A stretch of 64,000 nucleotides of DNA, taken from assembly GCA_943788815.1 (NCBI GenBank), contig CALSRS010000001.1:900069-964068 (forward strand). The letters run 5' to 3'. Position 1 is the first letter of the stretch. Each line of letters starts with the position of its first letter. Made by a program: the position numbers and the translations under genes. This document shows, piece after piece, positions 49,361 through 59,101 of the stretch. A model generated the notes under the pieces. The model was given only the letters and a program-made list of their open reading frames with translations. It ran no database searches and was not told where the DNA came from. This stretch comes from an uncultured Gammaproteobacteria bacterium. Its GTDB lineage: Bacteria; Pseudomonadota; Gammaproteobacteria; Eutrophobiales; Eutrophobiaceae.

Positions 49361-49618
49361 TAACCTGAACTAATCCTGAGTATCAGCAAGCCATATAATT
49401 CGCAATTGGCGATATACCTGAGCCGAGGCTTTGTAAAACAGTTGAAATTCACGTTAACGCTGATATTCACTCAAATGTCCTTAGGTGTTTTTATCTGACT
49501 GGTTTAATGTCCAGTCATCCTTATGAATAATTATTAAAAGTTTTATTTACTATTTTTATAACAAGTTATTTGTTTTATTGAACTGGCCCACATCCATTAC
49601 GTTTTTTTATGAACAATA

Positions 49619-50959
49619 TTACCTCTCCAACATCTGGTTGATCTGTTGCAGATCATCTGGAGTCAGAATACCAACCAGCGCCTTGAGCCTGAGCCCATTC
49701 AACAAATAATCATATTTTGCTCCTGCCAGGTCTCGTTTAACGGCATATAGATCACGTTCCGCATCGAGCACACTAATGGCTGTCTGTAACCGTGCTTCAT
49801 AGGCTGCACGCCTTAGATCCAGTGTTGCCTGCTGTGCGGAAAGTGCCTGTTTCAATGCATCTATTCTCTTTACCGCTGTCTCAACACTCCAGTAAGCATC
49901 TCGGGACTGACGCCGTGACTCGCGCATGATTCGAGTCAGTTCTTGCAAGGCACTACTATGGCGGGCAATCGCTTCGCGTTTTTTTGAACTAACCGCACCG
50001 CCAGAGTACAAGGGCATTGAAAATCTCAGCAAAATCTCCTGGGTCCCAACTTCGCTACCGCCGCCAAACAGCGTTCCTTTGGTATCCTGATTGTTATAAC
50101 GTGCAACTGCATCCAGTGTCGGATAATGCCCGGCTTTCTGGCGGGTAATTTCCGTACTCGCAACCTCAACCGCATGCTGCTGGGCCACCAGTGCCGGGTT
50201 TTGTTTCATGGCAGCATCCACCCAATGCTGCTCATCTGCGGGTTCAGGACTCCGCAGGGTGATCTCTTCCTGCAAGGCATTTAAAGAGTCTGCGTCTCTC
50301 CCCACGATTTCATAAAGTGCCTCTTGAGCGTCTCTCAACAAAACCTGCGCAGCAGCATAATCCGCTTCGACAGATGCCATTCTTGCCAGGGCATCATAGG
50401 TATCAACTGAGCGACCCACCGCAGCCTGTTCCCTGCCCCTTGCCAATTCCAGTTGTTTTCCTACTGCGATGCGTTCTGCATCCAGAAAACTGATTTCATC
50501 CTCAGCTGCGAGGGCAGAAAGATAGGCCTCGGATACCCGTAGTATTAAGTCCTGCTGTGCCTGTATCAGTTTCGCATCTGCCAATTTCAATTCTTCTTTT
50601 GCCTGACCAATACGCTTATAATTGGCATACCTGAAAATTGGCTGACTGACCGACAGTGTCCACGTGGTGGTAGGAAAGCTGGTCTTACCCTGTTCAAACA
50701 CAGCATTATCACTGCGCTTGATTTTCTGGGTGGTTTCGATCCTATCCACCTCGAAAGTAGCCGTTGGTCGATAGCCAGCCCAGGCCTGGGGTATGACTTC
50801 CTGGGTTGCGGTATGATCAAAGATTGCTGTGTTTAATTTGGGATCAGCCTGAAGTGCCTCCTGGTATAACCCAAGAAGATCATCAGCATTAGCTGAAGAT
50901 AATAAAAGAATAAATAAAAGAACAATCCTGTAAGCAGGAGCAATTAAAAACCGTTCCAT
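49619..50959 (-). CDS. TolC-family outer membrane channel
   Basis: 446 aa. Signal peptide ending ANA-DDLL, LSVSQPIF, QQDLILRVSEAYL, AGHYPTLD, MPLYSGG, VLDAERDLY...AKYDYLLN. AGGAG RBS. Confidence 0.93.
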   Translation of the reverse strand: MERFLIAPAYRIVLLFILLLSSANADDLLGLYQEALQADPKLNTAIFDHTATQEVIPQAWAGYRPTATFEVDRIETTQKIKRSDNAVFEQGKTSFPTTTWTLSVSQPIFRYANYKRIGQAKEELKLADAKLIQAQQDLILRVSEAYLSALAAEDEISFLDAERIAVGKQLELARGREQAAVGRSVDTYDALARMASVEADYAAAQVLLRDAQEALYEIVGRDADSLNALQEEITLRSPEPADEQHWVDAAMKQNPALVAQQHAVEVASTEITRQKAGHYPTLDAVARYNNQDTKGTLFGGGSEVGTQEILLRFSMPLYSGGAVSSKKREAIARHSSALQELTRIMRESRRQSRDAYWSVETAVKRIDALKQALSAQQATLDLRRAAYEARLQTAISVLDAERDLYAVKRDLAGAKYDYLLNGLRLKALVGILTPDDLQQINQMLER

Positions 50960-51264
50960 ATACCACTCCTATTTTTGAAATTATTTATTTTTGAACCTGA
51001 CCAGAAAAGAAGCCGATTTTTTCAAAAAAACTTACTAAAAGAATACCACAAAAAACATAAATACAGCATTAAAACAAATAAGAAGATGACCCGTAAGGCT
51101 AGAGCGTTTTTGCAACTTTTTTTTTGCATTATGCGACGCAATTTGCAACAACCAGTGTGCGCAATCGAATAGCGTATGTATCCCGTCAAAGCATATGAGA
51201 CAGAATTGAGCTGATTTCTAAGAGAGACTTCTGATAAGTTAAACTTATAAATAGGAGTCTCATT

Positions 51265-51624
51265 ATGAGCAATAATAGCGAGAAATTAGTTAAAGATATA
51301 CGTCGTCGTACCCGTAAGAAGTATTCCTCTGAAGAAAAGATCCGAATTGTACTGGAAGGGATGCGTGGAGAAGAAAGCATTGCCGAGCTGTGTCGCCGTG
51401 AAGGATTGAATCAAAACGTGTATTACCGCTGGAGTAAGGAGTTCCTGGAAGCGGGTAAACAGCGTCTGGCGGGCGATATAAAACGGGAAGCAAACTCCAC
51501 TGAAGTGACCGACCTGAAGAAAGAAAATGACCAGCTCAAACGCCTGGTGGCTGACATCATGCTGAAGAACGAGGTACTTAAAAAAAGTGTGCTTGGCTTG
51601 GAGTCGACCTGGGAAGACGAATGA
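51265..51624 (+). CDS. IS3-family transposase OrfA (HTH)
   Basis: KYSSEEKIRIVLEG...SIAELCRREGL...YYRW HTH plus leucine-zipper-like LKKENDQLKR...LKK. GGAG RBS. Confidence 0.92.
   Translation: MSNNSEKLVKDIRRRTRKKYSSEEKIRIVLEGMRGEESIAELCRREGLNQNVYYRWSKEFLEAGKQRLAGDIKREANSTEVTDLKKENDQLKRLVADIMLKNEVLKKSVLGLESTWEDE
51580..51587 (+). promoter_or_regulatory. A7G slippery site, probable programmed -1 frameshift producing OrfAB
   Basis: AAAAAAAG at the LKK codons of orfA. The -1 frame (AAG TGT GCT TGG ... CGA ATG) is open into orfB. Confidence 0.75.
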
Positions 51625-52607
51625 GTCTTTCAGCAGCTGAAAAGCTGGAAGTGATCCGCTTGGTAGAGGCGTCGGAATTACCCGTGAAACGCACTCTGGC
51701 CGAGTTAGGTGTGAGCCGCAGCAGTTTCTATCGTTGGTATCGGCAATACCTGGATGATGGTCCAGAGGGCCTGGAGCCAGATAATCGGTCCCCGAGACAG
51801 TTCTGGAATAAGATACCTGAGATGGTGAAGGAGCAGTGTCTGGAGCTCGCGTTACAGTACCCTGACAAATCGCCTCGGGAACTTGCCTGGACCATCACCG
51901 ATGAGCACAACTACTTCATCTCGGAATCCAGCGTTTATCGACTGTTAAAGCAGTACGATCTCATTACCAGTCCTGCTTATATCCTGATGCAAGCGGGTGA
52001 TTCGTTTCAGAATCCAACACGACGAGTCAACGAGCTTTGGCAGACTGACTTCACCTACTTTCGTATTGTTGGTTGGGGGTGGTATTACCTGTCCACTGTT
52101 CTAGATGATTACTCCCGCTACATCATTGCCTGGAAGTTAACAACCAGCATGGCAGCTGATGACGTGAAGCAGACGCTGGATGCGGCGATTGAGACCACGG
52201 GAGTCAACGAGATAACGGTCAAACACCGACCTCGCTTACTGAGTGATAACGGGCCTTGTTATATCTCCTCGGAATTGAAGGATTATCTGAGTAAATATCA
52301 GATGCAACACACCCGTGGCGCACCGTACCATCCCATGACACAAGGCAAGATAGAGCGATATCACCGCTCCATGAAGAACGTCGTGAAGCTGGAGCACTAT
52401 TATTATCCGTGGGAACTCGAACATGCTATCCGGCAATTTGTACAATACTACAATCATGAACGTTACCATGAGTCACTTGATAATATTACGCCGGCAGATA
52501 TGTATTTTGGCCGCTATCATGAAATTATGGATAGAAGAACCATTATCAAATACGAAACATTACAACAGAGGAGAAAGGAAAATTTAAGAATATATATAAA
52601 TCAGTGA
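51621..52607 (+). CDS. IS3-family transposase OrfB (DDE/rve integrase core)
   Basis: WQTDFTY, VLDDYSRYI, LLSDNG, GKIERYHRSMK, YNHERYHESL. ATGA overlap with the orfA stop. Confidence 0.93.
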   Translation: MSLSAAEKLEVIRLVEASELPVKRTLAELGVSRSSFYRWYRQYLDDGPEGLEPDNRSPRQFWNKIPEMVKEQCLELALQYPDKSPRELAWTITDEHNYFISESSVYRLLKQYDLITSPAYILMQAGDSFQNPTRRVNELWQTDFTYFRIVGWGWYYLSTVLDDYSRYIIAWKLTTSMAADDVKQTLDAAIETTGVNEITVKHRPRLLSDNGPCYISSELKDYLSKYQMQHTRGAPYHPMTQGKIERYHRSMKNVVKLEHYYYPWELEHAIRQFVQYYNHERYHESLDNITPADMYFGRYHEIMDRRTIIKYETLQQRRKENLRIYINQ

Positions 52608-52743
52608 AACAAGACTATAATAGTTAAAAGTCTCTCTTAATATTTACGCTATTTTGTCCCAAATCTTTTGACGACTTACACTTTGACGGGATACACTTAT
52701 AAGGTTTATAGAAAGTTATTTATTGAAGGACCTTATTTGGAAT

Positions 52744-52885
52744 TGACGGAGAGAGAGGGACTGACCCGCCCCTTGGCCCAGGCCAGCATCTCGACTGTTT
52801 CGGTCTCACCTTCTCCATGGCCTTCGCGGCACTTGCACTTCCAAATGCATTGAGATTCGTAACCCTCTTTCTCGGGTTCGAATAA
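52744..52885 (-). repeat. rtT/TRIP-like tRNA-linked element: degenerate copy of the tRNA-Ser 3' end with a structured insert
   Basis: Minus strand: GAGGGTTACGAATC...~95 nt GC-rich...GTCCCTCTCTCTCCGTCA vs tRNA GAGGGTTCGAATCCCTCTCTCTCCGCCA. 52744-52760 matches 52936-52952 at 16/17. Confidence 0.6.
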
Positions 52886-52895
52886 CTTTTTTCTT

Positions 52896-52938
52896 CCAGA
52901 TATAACAAAGGGGCTGAAAGCCCCTTTGTTATATCTGG
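52896..52938. terminator. Perfect 20-bp-stem hairpin at the tRNA 3' end (terminator/processing structure)
   Basis: CCAGATATAACAAAGGGGCT-GAA-AGCCCCTTTGTTATATCTGG. Confidence 0.65.
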
Positions 52939-53026
52939 CGGAGAGAGAGGGATTCGAACCCTCGATGGGCTTTTGACCCATACTCCCTTAGCAGGGGAGC
53001 GCCTTCAGCCACTCGGCCATCTCTCC
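52936..53026 (-). tRNA. tRNA-Ser(GCT)
   Basis: GGAGAGATGGCCGAGTGGCTGAAGGCGCTCCCCTGCTAAGGGAGTATGGGTCAAAAGCCCATCGAGGGTTCGAATCCCTCTCTCTCCGCCA. GCT anticodon, long variable arm, encoded CCA; usual position downstream of csrA. Confidence 0.96.
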
Positions 53027-53069
53027 AAATTCTTTTATAAAATATTTATTTAAAAATATCTCTTCTATT

Positions 53070-53203
53070 TGTGCGCTCCTTCGCGCCCTATTCCGTACAT
53101 CCATGTATTCCACCCCTTCGAGGCCGTTGTCGCTATGCTCCAACGTTCAAATCTGCTCCAGGCAGATTTGTCAGCCACTCGGCCATCTCTCCAAATTCTT
53201 TTT
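53070..53203 (-). repeat. Duplicated tRNA-Ser 5' end plus leader, interrupted by a structured rtT/TRIP-like insert
   Basis: TCAGCCACTCGGCCATCTCTCCAAATTCTTTT occurs at 53006-53037 and again at ~53171-53202. The adjacent insert has the hairpin ACAAATCTGC-CTGGA-GCAGATTTG. Confidence 0.65.
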
Positions 53204-53282
53204 TATTTAATACGATACAAAAATTATATCAGCATACATCTCGAACAGATTTATAAATCACCTATAATCTAAATTGCTTGTT

Positions 53283-53480
53283 CTAATCTGCTTCGGGATT
53301 ATTTCCTTCATCGTCATTTTCGTGCTGAATTTTATCGTAGATCTCTTCGCGATGAACTGCGACATCTTTAGGTGCATTGACCCCAATACGAACCTGATTC
53401 CCTCTGATACCTAACACTGTGACATTGACATTGTCACCGATCATCAATGATTCACCTATCCTGCGTGTCAATATTAACAT
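53283..53480 (-). CDS. csrA: Carbon storage regulator CsrA/RsmA
   Basis: [16 protein letters not shown]...[21 protein letters not shown]. Confidence 0.98.
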   Translation of the reverse strand: MLILTRRIGESLMIGDNVNVTVLGIRGNQVRIGVNAPKDVAVHREEIYDKIQHENDDEGNNPEAD

Positions 53481-53654
53481 GGCTGTTAACTCCTTATTTT
53501 CCCTGGTATATCCGATTGTAACTCAATGTAAGTTCTATAATAACTATTTCATATTATAGACGCTGAATTATTTAAGCTCAGACACAGAATCTATCAGGTA
53601 ATTCCTTGAAATATCTTAACCCATATAAACCGTCAGAATATTACTTTGATTACG

Positions 53655-54887
53655 CTATTTTTCCAGAAAACCATCTTTTTCCAGACCAAATGCAGCGTGT
53701 AATGTACGCACTCCCAATTCCAGATACTTTTCATCAATGACGACAGATACCTTTATTTCCGAAGTTGAGATCACTTGTATATTAATCCCTTCATCAGCCA
53801 GGGCTTTAAACATATTGCTCGCTATTCCAGCATGGGACCGCATTCCTACGCCGACGATAGAAAGCTTTGCAATCTTGTTATCACCATTGACTTCTCGCGC
53901 GCCCGTTTCTATGGCAGTCTTATTTAAGATCGCTAATGCTTTTTCATAATCATTTCGGTGCACAGTAAATGTAAAGTCAGTTGTGCTATCTGCACCAACG
54001 TTTTGGACTATCATATCGACTTCAATATTTGCATCTGCAATTGGACCCAATATATTAAAAGCAATGCCTGGTTTATCCGGCACTCCAACAACAGTCAGTT
54101 TTGCTTCATCTCGATTATGAGCAATACCAGATATCAACGCTTGTTCCATTTCTTCATCCTCACCGGTTATCAATGTGCCTTCGCCTTTGGTAAAACTTGA
54201 TAACACTCTTAATGGCACATTATATTTATTCGCAAATTCAACGGAGCGAATTTGTAATACTTTTGATCCAAGACTCGCCATCTCCAGCATTTCTTCATAA
54301 CTAATGCGTGACATACGACGGGCATCCGCAACGATTCTGGGATCGGCCGTGTATACACCATCGACATCAGTATATATTCTGCATTCGTCTGCTTTCATTG
54401 CAGCCGCAATGGCAACAGCAGTAGTGTCGGTTCCACCTCGACCTAAGGTCGTAATATTTCCTGCACTGTCTATGCCCTGAAAACCGGCGACAACCACTAT
54501 CTGTCCATCAGTTAACGCCTGGCGAATATTTTCAGTATCGATTTTTTCAATTCTTGCTTTGTTGTGGGCGCTGTCTGTATGGATACGGATTTGACTACCC
54601 GTAAAAGACCGGGCCACACAGCCCTTTGATTGTAATGCAATACAAAGCAATGCAACGGAAACCTGTTCGCCCGTAGACATCAATACATCAAGCTCTCTGG
54701 GATCTGGATTGCCTGAGATATCTTTGGCCAAGGATATCAATCGATCGGTTTCACCCGACATGGCTGACAGAACTACAATGACCTGGTCACCCTCGCTTTG
54801 GGTCTCCAGGACCTGCTCGGTAACTGCCATGATCCGCTCGATAGAACCTACGGATGTACCACCAAATTTTTCGACAATAAGGGCCAT
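53655..54887 (-). CDS. lysC: Aspartate kinase
   Basis: KFGGTSVG, TTLGRGGTDTTA, IYTDVDGVYTADP, two ACT domains; alaS-lysC-csrA synteny. Confidence 0.95.
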   Translation of the reverse strand: MALIVEKFGGTSVGSIERIMAVTEQVLETQSEGDQVIVVLSAMSGETDRLISLAKDISGNPDPRELDVLMSTGEQVSVALLCIALQSKGCVARSFTGSQIRIHTDSAHNKARIEKIDTENIRQALTDGQIVVVAGFQGIDSAGNITTLGRGGTDTTAVAIAAAMKADECRIYTDVDGVYTADPRIVADARRMSRISYEEMLEMASLGSKVLQIRSVEFANKYNVPLRVLSSFTKGEGTLITGEDEEMEQALISGIAHNRDEAKLTVVGVPDKPGIAFNILGPIADANIEVDMIVQNVGADSTTDFTFTVHRNDYEKALAILNKTAIETGAREVNGDNKIAKLSIVGVGMRSHAGIASNMFKALADEGINIQVISTSEIKVSVVIDEKYLELGVRTLHAAFGLEKDGFLEK

Positions 54888-54955
54888 GTTTATGTATTAA
54901 ACATTCAAAAAGGTCGCGAATTTTAACGAATTCTGAATGGATAACAAGTATTCAT

Positions 54956-57562
54956 TCAATTTAGCTGCTGTTTTATCCAGCCAGGGACGCCTTCCAGGGC
55001 CCCGGGTAAGCCAGCAGGGTCATTTCCACCTGCCTGGGCCATGTCTGGTCGGCCTCCACCATGACCACCAACTTGTTCTGCAACAAAGTTCACTAACTCA
55101 CCTGCCTTGATTTTGTTTGTCGTATCTTTGGTCACACCTGCAACCAGGGTGATTTTATTGCCGCTGACACTAGCCAGTACTATGGCTGCTGTACCCAGTT
55201 TATTTTTTAACTGGTCCAGGGTGTCACGTAATGATTTTTGGTCAATGTCATCTAAGGATTTTGCCAGTATCTTAATACCGTCAACAACGATGGCTTCAGA
55301 TGCCAGGTCACCTCCGGCCTTACTTGCCAGGGTCGACTTAAGACGGCTAATTTCTTTTTCTTGAGTTTTGACTTTATCTAACACCTGACCAAGTTTTGTT
55401 TCAATATTTGCCTGATCAGATTTTAGTAATCCTGCCAGCGTATGTATCTTTGCTTCATTCGCTCTGACATAGCTGATGGCTGCATTACCTGTTAACGCTT
55501 CGATACGTCTGACGCCGGCGGCAATCCCCGTTTCTGTAATAATTTTAAATAGTCCAATATCACCCGCTAGATTGACATGGGTACCACCACATAACTCAAC
55601 TGAAAATTCACCCCCCATTTTGAGGACCCGCACAGTGTCACCATACTTCTCTCCGAACAAGGACATGGCGCCGGTTTTTTTTGCCTCTTCAAGTGCCATA
55701 ATTTCGGTATTTGCTCTGGTGTTCTCCAGGATTTTTTCATTAACCAAATCTTCAATCTGCATTAATTCTTCTGTGGTCAAGCCATCAGGATGAGAGAAAT
55801 CAAATCGTAACCTGGCTGCTTCGACCAATGAGCCTTTCTGCTTAACATGGTTCCCGAGCACCTGCCTAAGGGCAGCGTGTAATAGATGGGTTGCAGAGTG
55901 ATTACGAATAATATTTCGTCTGAGTTCCGCATCTACTGCTGCACAAAGTTTTTGACCAACCTTGATTTCACCGCTTTGTAGATTGCCTGTATGGACATGC
56001 GCCCCACCAAATTTTTGAGTATCGCTTACACTAAAATTAGCGTCATCGGATAATAGTCGCCCTGTATCGCCTACCTGACCACCTGACTCTGCATAAAAAG
56101 GTGTCTCTTTAAGTATAATTCCTGCCTTATCCCCTTTGTTGATACTCTCTACGGAATTTCCATTGTGGAGTATCGCAATGACTTCAGATTCTGCCTCCAG
56201 GTTTTCATAACCGACAAAATCAGATGAGTATTCAATGTTGGTATCACCTGCTGACATATCCATGTCAAACTTGCTGGCCGCACGTGCACGGTTTCTTTGG
56301 GCGTCCATTTCTTTTTCAAACCCGGTCAAGTCCATTTCAAGATTGCGCTCTCTCGCAATATCAGAGGTTAAATCTACGGGAAAACCGTAGGTATCATAGA
56401 GTTTAAAAATCACCTCTCCAGGAATTAGCTTGTCCTTCAGTGAGGAAATGGCGTCCTCCAGATGCTTCAAACCCAGATCCAGGGTTTCAGCAAACCGTTG
56501 CTCTTCGGCTAACAAGGTTTTTTCGACGAAATCTTTTTGATCCAGCAGGACTGTGCCCATATCTCCCATGGCATCGGCGAGTGAGGAAACTAATTGATAG
56601 AAAAAGGGTTCAGAAAAACCCAGCTTACTACCATGTCTGATCGCTCTTCGAATTATTCTTCTTAAAACATAGCCTCGACCCTCATTTGAGGGAACGATGC
56701 CATCAGCAATGAGAAACGCACAAGAACGTATATGGTCAGCAATGACACGTTGGGACGTCAGATCTTCACTATTTTCAAAACCCTCCAGTGACTGGATAGA
56801 CGAGATTATTTTTTTAAAAATATCAATTTCATAATTGTTATGAACACCTTGAAGTATTGCTGAAATTCTTTCCAGACCCATACCGGTATCTACTGATGGC
56901 TTGGGGATTTCAGTTAAGGTGCCATCCTTAGCGCGGTCATACTGGGTAAAGACCAGATTCCAGATCTCAATATAACGATCACCATCTGCATCCGGACTAC
57001 CGGGTGGACCACCGGGTATCTCCTCACCATGATCATAGAAAATCTCACTGCAAGGACCACATGGACCTGTATCACCCATGGCCCAGAAATTATCTGCCTC
57101 ACCGCATCGGCTGAATCGATCTTTACTCACACCAATGGAGTTCAACCAGATATCCGCTGCGTCATCATCATCTTCATAAACGGTAATCCAGAGTTTTTCT
57201 TTGGGAATTTCAAGGAAGACTGTTAAGAATTCCCAGGCAAATTCGATAGCTTCACGTTTGAAATAATCACCAAAGCTAAAGTTACCTAGCATTTCAAAAA
57301 AAGTATGATGGCGTGCGGTATAACCGACATTATCCAGATCATTGTGCTTACCACCCGCACGTATACAACGCTGTGTTGTGGTTGCTCGCGTATATGAACG
57401 TACTTCCTTACCAAGAAATAATTCTTTAAATTGAACCATCCCCGCGTTGGTGAATAACAGGGTTGGATCATTAGCAGGAATTAACGGGCTGCCTGGGACT
57501 ATCTCGTGATCTTTGTCGCGAAAATATTTCAGGAAGGCTGCTCTAACTTCGTTACTGGTCAT
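54956..57562 (-). CDS. alaS: Alanine--tRNA ligase
   Basis: [70 protein letters not shown]. Confidence 0.99.
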   Translation of the reverse strand: MTSNEVRAAFLKYFRDKDHEIVPGSPLIPANDPTLLFTNAGMVQFKELFLGKEVRSYTRATTTQRCIRAGGKHNDLDNVGYTARHHTFFEMLGNFSFGDYFKREAIEFAWEFLTVFLEIPKEKLWITVYEDDDDAADIWLNSIGVSKDRFSRCGEADNFWAMGDTGPCGPCSEIFYDHGEEIPGGPPGSPDADGDRYIEIWNLVFTQYDRAKDGTLTEIPKPSVDTGMGLERISAILQGVHNNYEIDIFKKIISSIQSLEGFENSEDLTSQRVIADHIRSCAFLIADGIVPSNEGRGYVLRRIIRRAIRHGSKLGFSEPFFYQLVSSLADAMGDMGTVLLDQKDFVEKTLLAEEQRFAETLDLGLKHLEDAISSLKDKLIPGEVIFKLYDTYGFPVDLTSDIARERNLEMDLTGFEKEMDAQRNRARAASKFDMDMSAGDTNIEYSSDFVGYENLEAESEVIAILHNGNSVESINKGDKAGIILKETPFYAESGGQVGDTGRLLSDDANFSVSDTQKFGGAHVHTGNLQSGEIKVGQKLCAAVDAELRRNIIRNHSATHLLHAALRQVLGNHVKQKGSLVEAARLRFDFSHPDGLTTEELMQIEDLVNEKILENTRANTEIMALEEAKKTGAMSLFGEKYGDTVRVLKMGGEFSVELCGGTHVNLAGDIGLFKIITETGIAAGVRRIEALTGNAAISYVRANEAKIHTLAGLLKSDQANIETKLGQVLDKVKTQEKEISRLKSTLASKAGGDLASEAIVVDGIKILAKSLDDIDQKSLRDTLDQLKNKLGTAAIVLASVSGNKITLVAGVTKDTTNKIKAGELVNFVAEQVGGHGGGRPDMAQAGGNDPAGLPGALEGVPGWIKQQLN

Positions 57563-57988
57563 TTAGTCTTCACCCTTATACAACTTTCTTATCTGCTCTG
57601 AGGTGAAGCCACGATATAGTAAAAAACGTGATTCCTTAGTCTGTCCTTTAAAATCCTTGGGTAGATTTTGTCCAAACTTTTTAACTCTCACAGAAGTTAA
57701 TGTCTCCATCCAGTTAATATCAAGCTCATCGATACAACTATTTGTCATTTCTTTATCAATACCCCGTTCACTCAACTCCATCCCTAGACGAACGGGGCCA
57801 CAACCCTTATGGATTCTGCTTCGTAGATAGGATTCAGTATACCGCTGGTCACTTTGCAGACCTTCTGCAGCCAATCGATCTAATACTTCATCGATACAAT
57901 CTGAATTAAAACTTCTGGCCCTGAGTTTTTGTCCTAATTCTTTACGGCTATGTTCGCGCCTGGCAAGAAGTCCTATGGCACATTCCAT
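57563..57988 (-). CDS. recX: Regulatory protein RecX (start may lie a few codons upstream)
   Basis: LLARREHSRKEL, LQSDQRY, G.GPVRL..EL..RGI, RFLLYRGF; directly downstream of recA. Confidence 0.92.
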   Translation of the reverse strand: MECAIGLLARREHSRKELGQKLRARSFNSDCIDEVLDRLAAEGLQSDQRYTESYLRSRIHKGCGPVRLGMELSERGIDKEMTNSCIDELDINWMETLTSVRVKKFGQNLPKDFKGQTKESRFLLYRGFTSEQIRKLYKGED

Positions 57989-58008
57989 GGCCTGCTTTTC
58001 ATCGCTAC

Positions 58009-59043
58009 TCAGGCTTCTGCTTCCTCTTCTTGCGACTCTACAACTTTATTCAGATCAGGCAGGACCTTCTCTCTTAATTTCGCTTCGATTTCCATCGTTA
58101 TCTGAGGATTCTCCTTGAGATAAGTTCTGACATTTTCCTTACCCTGACCTATTCTCTCGCCGTTGTAACTGTACCAGGCGCCTGATTTCTCGATAATCTC
58201 ATGCAAGGTACCAAGACTAATTATTTCACTCTCACGGGAGATACCTTCTCCGTAGAGAATATCAAACTCCACTTGCTTGAACGGCGGAGCGACCTTATTT
58301 TTCAATACCTTCACCCTGGTCTCGTTACCGACTATTTCATCACCTCGTTTAATTGCGCCGATGCGGCGTATATCCAGACGAACTGATGCGTAAAATTTCA
58401 GTGCATTACCACCGGTTGTGGTTTCTGGACTACCAAACATGACGCCGATCTTCATACGGATTTGATTGATAAAAATAACCAGGGTATTGGATCGTTTAAT
58501 ATTACCAGTCAACTTTCTTAACGCTTGTGACATTAAGCGGGCCTGTAATCCCATATGACTATCACCCATATCTCCTTCTATTTCAGCCTTGGGTGTTAAC
58601 GCTGCCACCGAATCTATAATTACCAGGTCAACTGCACTAGAGCGTACCAACATATCGGTAATTTCCAGGGCCTGTTCGCCGGTATCGGGTTGTGATATCA
58701 ATAGATCATTAATTTTCACACCCAGCTTTTCAGCATATTTTGGATCCATTGCATGTTCTGCATCGACAAATGCAGCGGTACCACCTGCCTTTTGGATCTC
58801 TGCGGCAGCATGTAATGCGAGGGTAGTTTTGCCTGAAGATTCAGGACCAAAAATCTCCACGACACGACCACGAGGGAAACCGCCTATACCCAGCGCGATA
58901 TCCAATCCTAAGGAACCTGTTGAGACTGCTTCGACGTCCTTAACAATACTGTCTTCGCTCATACGCATTATTGAGCCTTTACCAAACTGTTTTTCAATCT
59001 GGCTCAGGGCAATGTCTAATGCCTGTTTCTTTTTCTCATCCAT
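58009..59043 (-). CDS. recA: Recombinase RecA
   Basis: [58 protein letters not shown]. Confidence 0.99.
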   Translation of the reverse strand: MDEKKKQALDIALSQIEKQFGKGSIMRMSEDSIVKDVEAVSTGSLGLDIALGIGGFPRGRVVEIFGPESSGKTTLALHAAAEIQKAGGTAAFVDAEHAMDPKYAEKLGVKINDLLISQPDTGEQALEITDMLVRSSAVDLVIIDSVAALTPKAEIEGDMGDSHMGLQARLMSQALRKLTGNIKRSNTLVIFINQIRMKIGVMFGSPETTTGGNALKFYASVRLDIRRIGAIKRGDEIVGNETRVKVLKNKVAPPFKQVEFDILYGEGISRESEIISLGTLHEIIEKSGAWYSYNGERIGQGKENVRTYLKENPQITMEIEAKLREKVLPDLNKVVESQEEEAEA

Positions 59044-59101
59044 TGATCAAATCTCCACGTTATTGGTTTACTGAACAATCAATTATCCCACAAAAATGAC
59101 G

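Larger units (their letters stand above)
51177..52680 (+). mobile_element. IS3-family insertion sequence (~1.5 kb)
   Basis: Imperfect terminal IRs: TGTATCCCGTCAAAGCATATGAGACAGAAT (from 51177) vs reverse complement TGTAAGTCGTCAAAAGATTTGGGACAAAAT (ending 52680). orfA/orfB organisation; no target duplication seen. Confidence 0.88.

Noticed and set aside
3418-49154. Many short ORFs overlapping the giant gene on either strand
   Set aside because: Expected shadow frames (S/P/I-rich antisense translations) with no recognisable motifs.
3149-49360. Calling the giant protein a MARTX toxin or LapA orthologue
   Set aside because: No MARTX A/B repeats or recognisable effectors, and no LapA-type N-terminal retention/LapG site seen; it has a LEPRxLL/DUF4347 N-terminus instead.
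49361-49618. RfaH ops/JUMPstart or sigma54 promoter before the giant gene
   Set aside because: No GGCGGTAG and no properly spaced GG-N10-GC consensus that I could support.
50975-51172. 65-aa ORF upstream of tolC
   Set aside because: K/F-rich translation of an AT-rich intergenic region, TTG start, no clear RBS.
51177-53026. Integrase-type genomic island or prophage at tRNA-Ser
   Set aside because: No tyrosine/serine integrase or phage genes in the window; only an IS and short tRNA-end duplications.
52668-53272. Small ORFs around the tRNA
   Set aside because: They overlap the tRNA and its linked repeats; no coding signature.
59044-59101. LexA SOS box upstream of recA
   Set aside because: Only a half-site-like TGTTCAG; no CTGT-N8-ACAG.
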